64,000 nt of DNA from Candidatus Marinacidobacterales bacterium (GTDB lineage: Bacteria > Acidobacteriota > Vicinamibacteria > Marinacidobacterales > SMYC01). Where the stretch lies: positions 544,001 to 608,000 of the forward strand of contig CBDCYI010000011.1 in NCBI GenBank assembly GCA_965224085.1. The letters are read 5' to 3'. Positions 28,298-38,449 of the stretch are shown here, piece by piece. Every line of letters starts with the position of its first letter. The stretch's first letter is position 1. A program made the translations under genes and the position numbers. Under the pieces are notes generated by a model. The model saw only the letters and a program-made list of their open reading frames with translations, was not told where the DNA came from and made no database searches.

Positions 28298-29812
28298 TTA
28301 TCGCCGGAACATAAGAGGTTTCGTGGGCAATTTCCGGTGGTCGATGATCTGACCCTCCTTCATGACGACACCGAGCTTGCGGATGTTCGAGATGTCGGCA
28401 AGGGGGTCGGCATCCAATACCAGGAGGTCCGCAAGCTTGCCCGCCGTGAGCGTCCCGTACTCGTCCAAGGCCTTGCACGCCATCGCCCCGTTCTTGGTCG
28501 CTGCAACAATCGCCTGAGCGGGGGTCATGCCAAGCTCCACCAACCCCTCGATCGCGGCGATCGTGCCGTTGCCCGGCTCCTGCCACAAGCGCTTGGGTTC
28601 GCGGGAATACTCGGGCGCCCTGCCCAGGTAGTTATCCGTACCGAGGGTCACGATACAGCCGCCGTCGATGAGCTTCTTGGCGTTGCGGCGGCGCATCTCG
28701 ACGCCAAGCCCGAGCTCACGCTGTTCTCGGCGTCGCTCGGCGGACGTCTTTCCCTTTTTCACGTGTCTTCTCAGGCCGGGTTCGGCAGCTTCTTTCTTGT
28801 CCTTCGCCAATTTCTTCTCCGCCGCCTCCTTGTCTTCGAGGTGTTTCTTCCAGGCCTCACCGGTGAAGGTGTTCACCAACATCGAGCAAATGGTCCTCCG
28901 CTCACGGATCTCACGGACAAGGTCGTCGGAGAACTCCCGATTTGCGAGGACTTCTGGGTGTTGGATCACATCGATGCCTGCCTCGACGGCGAGGCGGAGT
29001 CCCTCGGGGTTTGTGGCGTGGGTCTCGGCCACCAGCCCTCGCTTTTGGGTTTCCTCGACGATCACTCGCTGCGCTTCAGGCGAGAACCCGATGAGCGTCG
29101 GAATGGCCCAGTGACTGGTTCCCCCGTACTTGATGAAATCGACACCCTTGTCCAGGTATTTGTTGATCGCGACGCGGAGCTCTTCGGGATACATGTCCAT
29201 GAACTCTTCGCCGGAACCTTGGGTGATGGTGTCGTTGTACTGCTCCTCCCAAAGGGAGAGGCCTTGCTCACGAACGACGGAGAAGGTAATGGAGTAGGGA
29301 CCGCCCCAACCGACGATATTTCCGGCGAACAACAAGCGCGGCCCAATCGCTTTACCACGCGCGATCCCATCCCGAACCTCTTTCAGTGCAGGGAGTGTCC
29401 CGTAACTGTCGCGAATCGTCGTTACTCCGTACTTTAGATGCATCTGCGCCATTTCGAGCGTCAGTTCATCGTTACGGTTCCAGTACGCGACGGCCGTTTC
29501 TTTACCGGCCCCCCCCCGGCCCCCTCCGTAGAGCGAAATATGCACGTTTGTGTCAATGAAACCTGGAGTGACGAACTTCCCCGTGCCATCGATGATTGTG
29601 GCGCCTGCCGGGACTTCTGCCGAGGCCCGCGGGCCGACGGCCTCGATGCGTTCGCCGACGATAACGACGGTGGCGTCGACGAGGGGCGGTCCGCCGTTGC
29701 CGTCAATCACGGTAGCTCCGACAATCGCCGTATCAGCTGATACCGTCGCAGTACAGACGACCAGGAGCCAGAAGAGCGTCGAGATTGAGATGGACGCGAT
29801 CGCTTGCCTCAT
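28298..29812 (-). CDS. Exported amidohydrolase, NxH variant, subfamily C (AH11)
   Basis: AGGAGG RBS before ATG 29812 (MRQAIASIS... signal peptide), DTNVH, KYGGTSH, AETH, IQHP, GTDN. Confidence 0.93.
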   Translation of the reverse strand: MRQAIASISISTLFWLLVVCTATVSADTAIVGATVIDGNGGPPLVDATVVIVGERIEAVGPRASAEVPAGATIIDGTGKFVTPGFIDTNVHISLYGGGRGGAGKETAVAYWNRNDELTLEMAQMHLKYGVTTIRDSYGTLPALKEVRDGIARGKAIGPRLLFAGNIVGWGGPYSITFSVVREQGLSLWEEQYNDTITQGSGEEFMDMYPEELRVAINKYLDKGVDFIKYGGTSHWAIPTLIGFSPEAQRVIVEETQKRGLVAETHATNPEGLRLAVEAGIDVIQHPEVLANREFSDDLVREIRERRTICSMLVNTFTGEAWKKHLEDKEAAEKKLAKDKKEAAEPGLRRHVKKGKTSAERRREQRELGLGVEMRRRNAKKLIDGGCIVTLGTDNYLGRAPEYSREPKRLWQEPGNGTIAAIEGLVELGMTPAQAIVAATKNGAMACKALDEYGTLTAGKLADLLVLDADPLADISNIRKLGVVMKEGQIIDHRKLPTKPLMFRR

Positions 29813-30070
29813 TGTTTCTCCTCCTTGTTCGACGACGTGCTGGGGTGCCGCGCGGGCCGCTCGAGACTTCTCGAGCGGCAGGACCCCGCCATCCACCACC
29901 TGGCCATCCTTCATGACGAGCGAGATTTTCCGGGTGTTCCAAGATCGTCCAGCACTTGGTGGACGGCCGCGAGGTTGCCAGGATCGGATGTGCGCCATCC
30001 CTTTCTCCGCCATGGAATCGAGCCACAGGAAACGTCCCTCCCCGAGTTCCGTCCGTCGCTCAAGGAGGAG
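29813..30070 (-). pseudogene. Decayed 3' end of an AH7-type (subfamily A) amidohydrolase
   Basis: TELGEGRFLWLDSMAEKGMA and RKISLVMKDGQVVD align to the AH7 C-terminus, with several internal deletions. Confidence 0.8.
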
Positions 30071-30264
30071 GGTGGGATTATATCCGCCTTCGATTTGCGA
30101 CGCAACGTCCGTGGAGAACCGTGCCAAACAGACCCCAATGCCGATGTCCGAGGTATAGGAGCGCACGTCGGGGCTGGTTTGAGCGTCTGCTTCCGTCTTC
30201 CTCGTGTCGTGATAAGGTGTTGTCTTCTAGTGTCCTTCGGGGACGCTAGCTTAGGGGGTTTGCT

Positions 30265-32316
30265 ATGACGACGTTGTGGCGAGTGCAATTGCCGATCTTT
30301 GCCTGCTTGGCGCTTGTGAGTGGTGTCGCCGCCTTGGCTGGACCGGGCGAAGAGCCCGGCGAGGCTGCAAGAATCGTGATAGGACCGAATCTCCGGGCCT
30401 CAGCGAACGCGACGGAGGGCGAACGCAACGAGTGCTGGATTACCGCTAGCCCGACGAACCCCAAGTTACTCATCGCTGCCTCGCATGCCAGCCAGGGCAG
30501 AGGGGCCGGCACCTCAGGGCCCCGCCGCTGCGCGACGATGATTTCCAGGAACGGCGGCCAAACCTGGCGTGACATTAATCTTCCCAAGGAGGATGAAGGC
30601 TGCTTTGATCCGATGACCGCAGCGGCTGCGGATGGCCGCATGTATGTTCTTCACACAATGAGCGGCCGCAACTTTGGTGAGGCGCTTGGTAGGTCGAGCC
30701 CGCGTCGCGAGGGAACCATTCGAATTTATTCTACCGAGGACCAGGGGAGGAGCTGGAATGATCCAGTGGAGCTCGATTGCCCGCTGGCCCCGGACCATCC
30801 GAGGATGGTGGTGGATAACAGCGGTGGTCCGCATCACGGCCGGCTCTACGTTGTCTGGAACGAGGTTTCGGATACATTCCTCAAGCAAAAGTACCACCTC
30901 TTTATGCACTACTCCGGCGATGGAGGCAAGACTTTCAGTGATCCCATCCTGCTGCACGACGAAGAGGGGGGAAAGCTAGTTGCTACCGAGCCGGTAGTCC
31001 TCTCAGACGGCACACTGCTGGTAACGTACTACCAATATTACTGGCCGCTCAGCGACAAAAAGAACGACCGCCAGCCGTTTTACATCCTGCGTTCCAGTGA
31101 CGGTGGTGAAACCTTTGGAAAGCCCGAAAAGGTGATTGAGGTGGGCTCGTCGGCTTGGCGGCACTTGCGAGGGGACTTCGGGCGTGCTTTCACCCTCCCC
31201 ATCGTTGTCGCCGATACCTCGGAGTCAAGTCCTTACCGCGACCGCATGTATATGGTTTGGGACGATGTCAGCAAGGATGAGTCGAACATCTGGCTCACTT
31301 GGTCCGCGGATATGGGTAGAACCTGGTCGGAGCCGCTCAGGCTGAACGACAACCTCCACACCCCGGGCGGCCCGCCCGATTTCCGGATGACGCCTGTCGT
31401 GGCCGTCAATCAAGAAGGGGTGGTGGGAGTAGCTTGGTACGACCGCCGTAACGATCCCACCCGCCGCTGCTGGGAGCAATACTTTGGCGCCTCGCTGGAC
31501 GGCGGCGAAACGTTCCTGCCCAACGTCGCCGTCTCGACCGCGCCATCCTGTCCGGAGAAAGATCTGCCGCCGAGCGTTCACGTCTGGAACGTGAGCCCGT
31601 ACTTCGACGATACGTTACCTTCTGAGGAGGAGCTCTCGAAGGCGCCTGAGCGCGAGCGCCGCCGCATGGAGGAAGTCGTTGGTATCGAGCGAGCGTTCAG
31701 GGAAGCAAGCAAGGACATCCAAGCTGCGCGAATCCGCGTCTCGTTCGACCCCGGCCGAAACATATGGCCTGGCCACTATACGGGTTTGACTCACGATGCG
31801 GAGGGGGTGTTCCATGCTTTGTGGGCGGATCGGCGCAACGAGCTCCAGCAGCTTTTCACGGCGCGGATTCAGGTACTCACCTCTCCCGAACCGTCTCCAC
31901 CGCCGACTCACACGGCCATGGTGACCGAACTCGTCCGCCTCGTCGGGGGACCCGCGAAGTACGAGGAGGCCAAAGGCACCGCCACCTTCGAGCTGCAGGT
32001 AAGGAACGTATCCGAACAGGCAATCTATGCTCCGCTAAAGGTGCGTGTCACCAAGGTCGCCTCTAGCTCCTCGGGGCCCACGGCAATCTTTCTCGATCCG
32101 GACGAGGGCGGAAAGGGAGCCGGTGCGAGCTGGGACTTCTCAGAGCTGCTCGGCTCTCGCAAGCGCCTGGAGCCTTTGATGATCAGTGAGGCCAAGAAAA
32201 TCACTGTTCAGACTCAACGGGAGACTGGACTCGACGGCGTTTTCGATTTCGAGGTCATTGGCCATGTGACGCGCGCGGGACAGACCAGTGCTGGTGAGTC
32301 GGGGAAGAAGAACTAG
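30265..32316 (+). CDS. Exported BNR/Asp-box beta-propeller (sialidase-fold) protein
   Basis: Signal peptide and six Asp-boxes: SRNGGQTW, TEDQGRSW, SGDGGKTF, SSDGGETF, SADMGRTW, SLDGGETF. Confidence 0.85.
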   Translation: MTTLWRVQLPIFACLALVSGVAALAGPGEEPGEAARIVIGPNLRASANATEGERNECWITASPTNPKLLIAASHASQGRGAGTSGPRRCATMISRNGGQTWRDINLPKEDEGCFDPMTAAAADGRMYVLHTMSGRNFGEALGRSSPRREGTIRIYSTEDQGRSWNDPVELDCPLAPDHPRMVVDNSGGPHHGRLYVVWNEVSDTFLKQKYHLFMHYSGDGGKTFSDPILLHDEEGGKLVATEPVVLSDGTLLVTYYQYYWPLSDKKNDRQPFYILRSSDGGETFGKPEKVIEVGSSAWRHLRGDFGRAFTLPIVVADTSESSPYRDRMYMVWDDVSKDESNIWLTWSADMGRTWSEPLRLNDNLHTPGGPPDFRMTPVVAVNQEGVVGVAWYDRRNDPTRRCWEQYFGASLDGGETFLPNVAVSTAPSCPEKDLPPSVHVWNVSPYFDDTLPSEEELSKAPERERRRMEEVVGIERAFREASKDIQAARIRVSFDPGRNIWPGHYTGLTHDAEGVFHALWADRRNELQQLFTARIQVLTSPEPSPPPTHTAMVTELVRLVGGPAKYEEAKGTATFELQVRNVSEQAIYAPLKVRVTKVASSSSGPTAIFLDPDEGGKGAGASWDFSELLGSRKRLEPLMISEAKKITVQTQRETGLDGVFDFEVIGHVTRAGQTSAGESGKKN

Positions 32317-32380
32317 CAGCCTGCCGAGCGGCAGCCAACCCGTCTGCCGCGAGGAGTGAGCGCGCGATGATGCACTAGAC

Positions 32381-32408
32381 TTGACTAGTACTAGTACTAG
32401 TTTAGACG
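32381..32408. promoter_or_regulatory. (ACTAGT)3 palindrome overlapping a possible sigma70 promoter; operator-like
   Basis: Perfect 18-bp palindrome at 32384-32401, overlapping TTGACT and followed by TAGACG (16-nt spacing). Confidence 0.35.
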
Positions 32409-32677
32409 TGAGCCGTCCACCGAGACGGTGAGAAAGTTTCCGTCCGTCCGTGCGAGGTCGTCCCCGCGAAGCGTGCGTCGAAGTCACCGCTGCAAACCGC
32501 GGAGCTTCATCGATTTGGATTCTACCTCACGGACCCGAGGGGAAAGCTGTTGTTCCAGAACATGCTTCTGGGCTTCCTTAGGTTTTGGGGCGCGAAGGGC
32601 GGCCTTTCGTGTCAAGCAGATTTTTGGAGGGTCAATCCAAAATTTTGCATTCGCGTCCTATGCTATAAGCTGATAGA

Positions 32678-32690
32678 TATCAACAGTTTG
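32678..32690 (+). promoter_or_regulatory. IHF consensus site
   Basis: TATCAACAGTTTG matches WATCAANNNNTTR, in an AT-rich context. Confidence 0.45.
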
Positions 32691-32842
32691 ATTCCGTTGT
32701 GGGGCTGGCCGTTCCAGTACCCGAACGGAAAATTGGATCATAGCGGCATGGGCTAGGTCCAAGAACGTAGTCGTGTCGAAAGTATGTCCTTATTTTTGTT
32801 GCAATTACAGCAGGCCTTCTATCACGGACCGGAAAGCTATTG

Positions 32843-32859
32843 CCGGCACAGATTCTGCA
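32843..32859 (+). promoter_or_regulatory. Sigma54 (-24/-12) promoter candidate for the TonB-dependent receptor
   Basis: CCGGCACAGATTCTGCA has GG-N10-GC spacing with a GGCAC core. Confidence 0.5.
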
Positions 32860-33022
32860 GACGACGCAGACATATGATAGGGTACGCCCATGTCTCTCAA
32901 CGCTGCGCGCAAGGCCCTCTTGAAGGAGCGAGGGTCTTCAAATTGTCTCACGTACGAGCCCAAGCTTGCTCCTTCCGAACGTACACGTTCCTGATCATTT
33001 TCCCTTAATAAAGGAGGGGTGT

Positions 33023-35923
33023 ATGAAAACCGTGAGTATGAAAACACTGGCAATTGCGGCCTTGCTGCTGGCCTTTGCGGCGGCCGAGACGTTCGGGCAG
33101 GGAGGGTCCGTCCGCGGCTACATCCGCGACGAGCAAGGCGGTGTGATGCCGGGCGTGACTGTCACGGGGACGAGCGCGACGGTTCCCCTTCCCCACACGG
33201 TCGTCTCGGGTCAGGACGGCAACTACCGCCTGCTCGACCTCCCGCCCGGTGAATACACCATATCGGCGGAACTGGCAGGCTTCGCACCGTTCAGGCGCGA
33301 GAACATCCTCGTACGAGTAGGGCTAAACCTGCCGCTCGACATCGTCCTGACACTTGGCACTCTGGAAGAAACGGTGACGGTGACCGGCGAAACGCCGATG
33401 ATCGAAACCAAACAGTCCTCGGTGGCGGTGAACGTCAGCGGCGAGTTGCAGCGATCGGTCCCGCTGGAAGCCCGCAGACATTGGTCCGAGTTTATGCGGT
33501 TCACGCCCGGGGTGGTGTCGAGGGACTCGACGAACAATATCGCGCCCGTCTTCTACATCCGCGGCGCGGGGATCGTGTCGTATTCGACCATGGTCGATGG
33601 CGCCGAAATAACCTCGGCCGTCAACCCCTGGTGGGGGTACGCCAACATGGCGGTCTCGTCGATCGAAGACGTGCAGATCCAGACGGGCGGCATGGATGCC
33701 TCCCAGCAACTGGGCATGGGTGCCGCCGCAAACGTGGTGATGAAGTCCGGGACGAATGATTTCCACGGTGCTGCCATATTCGCCTGGACGCCGAAGTCGT
33801 GGATCGGCAACAACACACCCGACGCAACCAGCCAGACCATCTCGGTCACGCAGCCGGAGTTCTCGCTCGGTGGTCCGGTCGTGCAGGACAAGTTGTGGTT
33901 CTTTGGGTCGTACCGGCGCTGGCAGGGTACCACCGGCGTAAGCCGGACGCCGGAGCAGATCGCGGACGCGGCCGCGATTGACCCGTCGGCCGAACCACTT
34001 GGCGACACGGGCAATCATGCCAATATCGTGTTCGTCAAACTGACCGGGCAGCTCAACCCGAACCACCAGGTTTCAGGCTTCTTCAACCGCGACCTGACAA
34101 CGTACGAAAGGGCTGGGCCGATCGCGATTACGCGATCCGCAGATACCCTTATCGGAGGCAACGCCTTCTCGACGCGCCTCACGTCGGTCTGGAGCGACTC
34201 GGTGACGAGCAAGGTCGCATTCTCCTGGAACGACAAGACCTTCAAGGCCACACATCAATTTACGGGTGAACCCGCCAGTTCGATTTTTCAGAACGTGTTT
34301 TCTCAGAGCGGCCGGCTAAGCGGGCAGACGGAACTGGCCAACTACTACGGCGGCGCCAGCCGCACGGGGAGCGCGACCACCGGGGGCGCGAGCTTCGCGC
34401 CGGCCACGAAGTGGACCATCACGGGAAATGTGACGAAGTACCTCTCGGGGTTTGCTGGCTCGCACGAGCTCCAGGTCGGTGTCTTCTTGCAGCCGAGTAT
34501 GACTCGACTCCCCATGGTCGACTACCTGAACGGCGGCTTCTCCATTGAAAATGAGGTGTTGCTCGATCCGAACAACACTGCCGGCGGGACCATTCCGTTC
34601 CATCGGAGGTTCTACGACACCGATGGCGGTGTTACGGGAGACCTGAAGTTCTCGGACAACGCGTTCTACGTCCAGGACGCATGGTCGCCGACGCCGCGTC
34701 TCACGTTGAATTTGGGCCTCCGTGTCGACCACATCAGTCGCAGCGACCAACTGTTCAGCGTGGACCTCCAGAGCAGCTACGAGGTCGGCCCGCGCGTGGG
34801 GATGAACTACATGCTCACCGAGGACGCGCGCAACGGCGTGCGCGCCTCCTTCATGCGCCTTCACGATGCCGCGAACATCAACTCGCTGAGCGCCGGCAGC
34901 GCAACGTTTGGGTGGCGCGACGAGTATGACTTGGATCTGGATGGGAGCTTCGAGACCCTCTTCATCACACCGGGCACCTCACAGGTGGGCACAAACCGCA
35001 TCGTCGATCCGGACTATCATCAGCCGTTCGTCGACGAGTGGGCGGTCGGCTTTCGCCACCAGTTCCCGGGCCAGGCGAGTGTGGACATTGGGTTCATCCA
35101 CCGCGACTACCGGGATAGGACGGCGCTCGTCGAGACGAACGCCATCTACGACGGGAACGTGTTCCAAGGGTATCGCGACGAGACTCAGAACAACATCGAC
35201 CTACTGACCTCCAACCGCTGGAACCATCCGGTGTGGAACGCGTTCGAGATCATCGGCTCGAAGAAGACCGATCGGATCGAGATCCTGGGGAATTACACGC
35301 GGGCGTGGTCCCACCTGGCCGGCACGTGGCAGCCGAGGGACCCGGCCTCCTTCATCCAGCCCGATGCGTTTGAAATCAACCGAGGACTGCGTAATAACGA
35401 CAACAGGAGCCCCAGCGCCAACAACGCCTATTGCACGAGGCGCTGTTCCTCGCACGAGTGGATGGAGCACATCGCCCGCGTCGCGGTGGTCTACTACGCC
35501 CCGTGGGACGTCATCGTCTCGACCAGCTACTCGCTGCAATTCGGCCGGTACACCGGTGTGGTCCTGGACCGTATCGATGAGCCCGACCCGCAGTTTGGCC
35601 CGCCAACGGTGACGCTGTCGAACGGGCGAACCGTGTCGAATCCGCTGGCGACAACCAATCGATTCGCGTTCCCCACGCGGGGCGAGGGTCAGCCTCGGTT
35701 GGGGGCCGAGCACTATTGGAACATGCGGTTCGGGCGTCGCTTCCAATTCGGGGACGACGCGTTTTTCGAGGTGGACCTCGACATCCTCAACATTACAAAC
35801 AACGACAGTTTTCAAGCTTGGCAGAATGGGGCGAACCTAGTTTACAACACGAGAAACTTCGGGGAGGGCTCCACCATACAAATGCCGCGAACCTTCCAGT
35901 TGGGTCTGCAATTCATTTTCTGA
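33023..35923 (+). CDS. TonB-dependent receptor with an N-terminal carboxypeptidase-regulatory-like domain (Oar-like)
   Basis: AAGGAGG RBS, signal peptide, GYIRDEQGGVMPGVTVT...LPPGEYTISAELAGF, KSGTNDFHG, FYVQDAW...LTLNLGLRVD, C-terminal Phe. Confidence 0.93.
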   Translation: MKTVSMKTLAIAALLLAFAAAETFGQGGSVRGYIRDEQGGVMPGVTVTGTSATVPLPHTVVSGQDGNYRLLDLPPGEYTISAELAGFAPFRRENILVRVGLNLPLDIVLTLGTLEETVTVTGETPMIETKQSSVAVNVSGELQRSVPLEARRHWSEFMRFTPGVVSRDSTNNIAPVFYIRGAGIVSYSTMVDGAEITSAVNPWWGYANMAVSSIEDVQIQTGGMDASQQLGMGAAANVVMKSGTNDFHGAAIFAWTPKSWIGNNTPDATSQTISVTQPEFSLGGPVVQDKLWFFGSYRRWQGTTGVSRTPEQIADAAAIDPSAEPLGDTGNHANIVFVKLTGQLNPNHQVSGFFNRDLTTYERAGPIAITRSADTLIGGNAFSTRLTSVWSDSVTSKVAFSWNDKTFKATHQFTGEPASSIFQNVFSQSGRLSGQTELANYYGGASRTGSATTGGASFAPATKWTITGNVTKYLSGFAGSHELQVGVFLQPSMTRLPMVDYLNGGFSIENEVLLDPNNTAGGTIPFHRRFYDTDGGVTGDLKFSDNAFYVQDAWSPTPRLTLNLGLRVDHISRSDQLFSVDLQSSYEVGPRVGMNYMLTEDARNGVRASFMRLHDAANINSLSAGSATFGWRDEYDLDLDGSFETLFITPGTSQVGTNRIVDPDYHQPFVDEWAVGFRHQFPGQASVDIGFIHRDYRDRTALVETNAIYDGNVFQGYRDETQNNIDLLTSNRWNHPVWNAFEIIGSKKTDRIEILGNYTRAWSHLAGTWQPRDPASFIQPDAFEINRGLRNNDNRSPSANNAYCTRRCSSHEWMEHIARVAVVYYAPWDVIVSTSYSLQFGRYTGVVLDRIDEPDPQFGPPTVTLSNGRTVSNPLATTNRFAFPTRGEGQPRLGAEHYWNMRFGRRFQFGDDAFFEVDLDILNITNNDSFQAWQNGANLVYNTRNFGEGSTIQMPRTFQLGLQFIF

Positions 35924-35984
35924 TCTCCGGCAACTCCGCCTTCGCGCCGCAACAGGCGCGCCGGAAAGTCACAGAGGCCGAATC

Positions 35985-36020
35985 AGGGGCGGTGCCAAGA
36001 GGCACCGCCCCTCTTACTTT
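35985..36020 (+). terminator. Rho-independent terminator after the receptor gene
   Basis: 12-bp stem AGGGGCGGTGCC-AAGA-GGCACCGCCCCT followed by CTTACTTT. Confidence 0.75.
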
Positions 36021-36049
36021 AGATACGGCCCCTCTTGTCATTGACTAGT

Positions 36050-36309
36050 GTCGACAACGACCGTGTTCGAGTCGTTCGGATGACCTATCCGGCCGGCGTC
36101 AATCCCGTGCTCACGATCACCTGCCGGGCGTCAACGTGATGCTGACGGATTACACGGGGAAGAGCGCGCCGGAAGGTGAACAAGCCGAGGAGACGGAAGG
36201 GAAGTCCGGTGATATTTCTTCGGCCGACGCGAGGCCGCTGCACGTGTCGGAGAATACCGGCGGAGAAGAGCTTTCTATCATTCGTGTCGAGGTAAAGGGC
36301 GCGCGGTAG
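36050..36309 (+). pseudogene. Start-less, frameshifted cupin-domain remnant
   Basis: DNDRVRVVRMTYPAG.../HDHLPGVNVMLTD...KSGDIS...HVSENTGGEELSIIRVEVK* fits the cupin motifs. Confidence 0.6.
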
Positions 36310-36349
36310 ATTTCGACGATCGTATTTTCCAAACGCTGGTGAATGCCAC

Positions 36350-38449
36350 TCAAGGCTCGCCACGGCGTCTAAGGGCGGCGAGGCGGTTCTTGACGGCTTC
36401 CTGAGCCGGATCCAGCTCCAGAGATTGCTCGAAGGCTTCACTAGCCGCCTCGTTGTTCCCGAGCCGCTGGTGGCTGTCGCCGAGGGCGTTGAGAAGCACG
36501 GTGTCCGTTGTTCGAATCTGCCGCGCTCTCGTCAAATAATCGGCTGCCTTGTCGTACGCCTCCTTGGCATAGTGGGCGAAGCCTAGACCGGCCACCACAT
36601 CGAACTGCGTTGGGAATGCTTGCTCCAGAGGAGCGAGGAGCTCCAAGGCTCGGTCGGGTTGCCTTTCCCTGAGATAGGCGCTGGCGAGCTTCCACCGGGC
36701 AGGGGGAAGCTCCGGATTCTCCGCCACGGACCGCGCCCACTCGTTCCGGGCCTCCTCGAAATGACCGAGGTTCCAATACTGCTCGCCGCGAACGAAATTC
36801 AGAAGCCCGGGCGCGTTCGTGTCGAAACCAGGGTGATAGACGCCGAACGCCGGGCGCTTGGCCGTCGAGCGCGGCGAGATCGTGATCGGCGTCCTCTTTT
36901 CGGCCGCCACCTCGCCGGTCGAAGCGACGACGCGCGTCCTGATCTCGTAGTTGCCAGCGACCACCCCATCCAACTTCATGTACTCGAGGATCGTATCGCT
37001 CTCTCCCACTTGCGTTTCGGCCGACAGCAGAACCTCCTCACCGTCCACCAGCTCGAGCTTTACGGTCTCACCCGGCGAGGCACCGTAGGCCTGTGTGAGC
37101 ATATGGACGGTGTCTCCGATGACGAAGAGGTGGCCCGCCGCCGGCTCGACCCGGTTGGGGCCGATTTGATACGTGCGGACCTCACCTTCGGGCACGTTTC
37201 CATCGACTATCTGGCTGGTGAATGCGAGCACCACGTCAGGGATGGCCACGCCGGAGGAGAAGTTGGGGATGGAAAGCTCCGTTTCTGCGACCGTGAACTG
37301 CTTGATGACCCGATTGCGCAGGACGACCGCCACCGTGTAAACACCGGGCACCAGCGGAAAATCGTCTTGATAGGCGAACGGATACGACGCTATCGGCTGC
37401 ATCTGGCTCGGGCTCAGCTCCAGATAGATCCCCTCCTTGTCGTCGGCCATCACCAGCACACCCTCGGAGGTGCGGACCTCGACGGTGACGTCCAGGGTCG
37501 TATAGAACTTCAGCTGATCCTCGTCCGTCTCCAGGGTGAAATTCTCCCAGTCAATCTCGATGCTGTAGTGAACCAACGGTGTGGCGTCCTTGCCCACCAG
37601 GATCGAAAACGTGTTACGAGAGGGCACGAAGTTGAAAGAGTAGTCGGCGGATACACGGTTCTTGTACCTGAGGTAGGCATCGGCGTAATCGGTGCGAATC
37701 GCCCGCTTCGGAGAATCCTCGATGCGGCGCATCAGGACCGCAGTACTTATGGAGGGCTGACCGGTGACGAAGTTCAACGGCTCAGCGGTGTCGAACGAGA
37801 GTGAGGCGGAGGCGAGCTCGGGGGAGATTTCTCCAAGTGCCTGAACGGCAAGCCCGTTGTTGGTTCCGGAACGAAACCTGCCACCGCGCACCAGCGCCCG
37901 CGGCCCGTCCATCAAGGGGTTATAGAGTCGATACTCGCCGATGTCACCTCTCTTGAAAAAGAGAAGGTAGAAGAACGAGGTGATCCCAAGAGCAGGATCT
38001 CCTTGATAGAACCAAAGCTCCGAGGATACGAGCTCGAGGTGGCCGTCAAAGCGCTGAACCTCACGAGGCTGGCCGAGGATGATGTGGTAGCGACCTCGGT
38101 CGGTTCGCCATCCTTCTCGGGAGGTCTCCCTTCCCAGGAACGTGTTCGCGTGGTCGAGCCGCCGGTAGTGCTCGTCCTTGAACTCGTTCACCGGCGTGAC
38201 GCGGTTGGGATCCCTTTTGGACCAGAAGACCTCGATGAAACGCTCCCGCTCCTCGATGGACTCGAGCGAGAGAAAGACATCGCGCTCCCGGTCGGTAATG
38301 ATGTAAACGACCTCCTCCTCGAGCCACGATCGATGCGGCTCCGAGAGTTTCTTCACCCGATCGTCGCTCGAGGCCGTGACCGCGGCGGCACCGACGAGCT
38401 GCGCTGCGAAGACGAGAGGGATCGCTAACAGGAAAGGCCGATTTTTCAT
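36350..38449 (-). CDS. GWxTD-domain protein with C-terminal TPRs, exported
   Basis: WLEEEVVYIIT, FWSKRDP...NEFKDEHYRR, EGWRTDRGR, TPR helices. Start ATG 38449 gives a signal peptide. Confidence 0.9.
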   Translation of the reverse strand: MKNRPFLLAIPLVFAAQLVGAAAVTASSDDRVKKLSEPHRSWLEEEVVYIITDRERDVFLSLESIEERERFIEVFWSKRDPNRVTPVNEFKDEHYRRLDHANTFLGRETSREGWRTDRGRYHIILGQPREVQRFDGHLELVSSELWFYQGDPALGITSFFYLLFFKRGDIGEYRLYNPLMDGPRALVRGGRFRSGTNNGLAVQALGEISPELASASLSFDTAEPLNFVTGQPSISTAVLMRRIEDSPKRAIRTDYADAYLRYKNRVSADYSFNFVPSRNTFSILVGKDATPLVHYSIEIDWENFTLETDEDQLKFYTTLDVTVEVRTSEGVLVMADDKEGIYLELSPSQMQPIASYPFAYQDDFPLVPGVYTVAVVLRNRVIKQFTVAETELSIPNFSSGVAIPDVVLAFTSQIVDGNVPEGEVRTYQIGPNRVEPAAGHLFVIGDTVHMLTQAYGASPGETVKLELVDGEEVLLSAETQVGESDTILEYMKLDGVVAGNYEIRTRVVASTGEVAAEKRTPITISPRSTAKRPAFGVYHPGFDTNAPGLLNFVRGEQYWNLGHFEEARNEWARSVAENPELPPARWKLASAYLRERQPDRALELLAPLEQAFPTQFDVVAGLGFAHYAKEAYDKAADYLTRARQIRTTDTVLLNALGDSHQRLGNNEAASEAFEQSLELDPAQEAVKNRLAALRRRGEP

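Noticed and set aside
28298-30166. 622-aa ORF suggesting an N-terminally extended amidohydrolase
   Set aside because: The extension is the decayed AH7-type remnant read in frame by chance. The RBS and signal peptide point to ATG 29812.
32420-33000. Riboswitch (e.g. cobalamin or TPP) upstream of the receptor
   Set aside because: No recognisable conserved boxes by eye; an Rfam scan would settle it.
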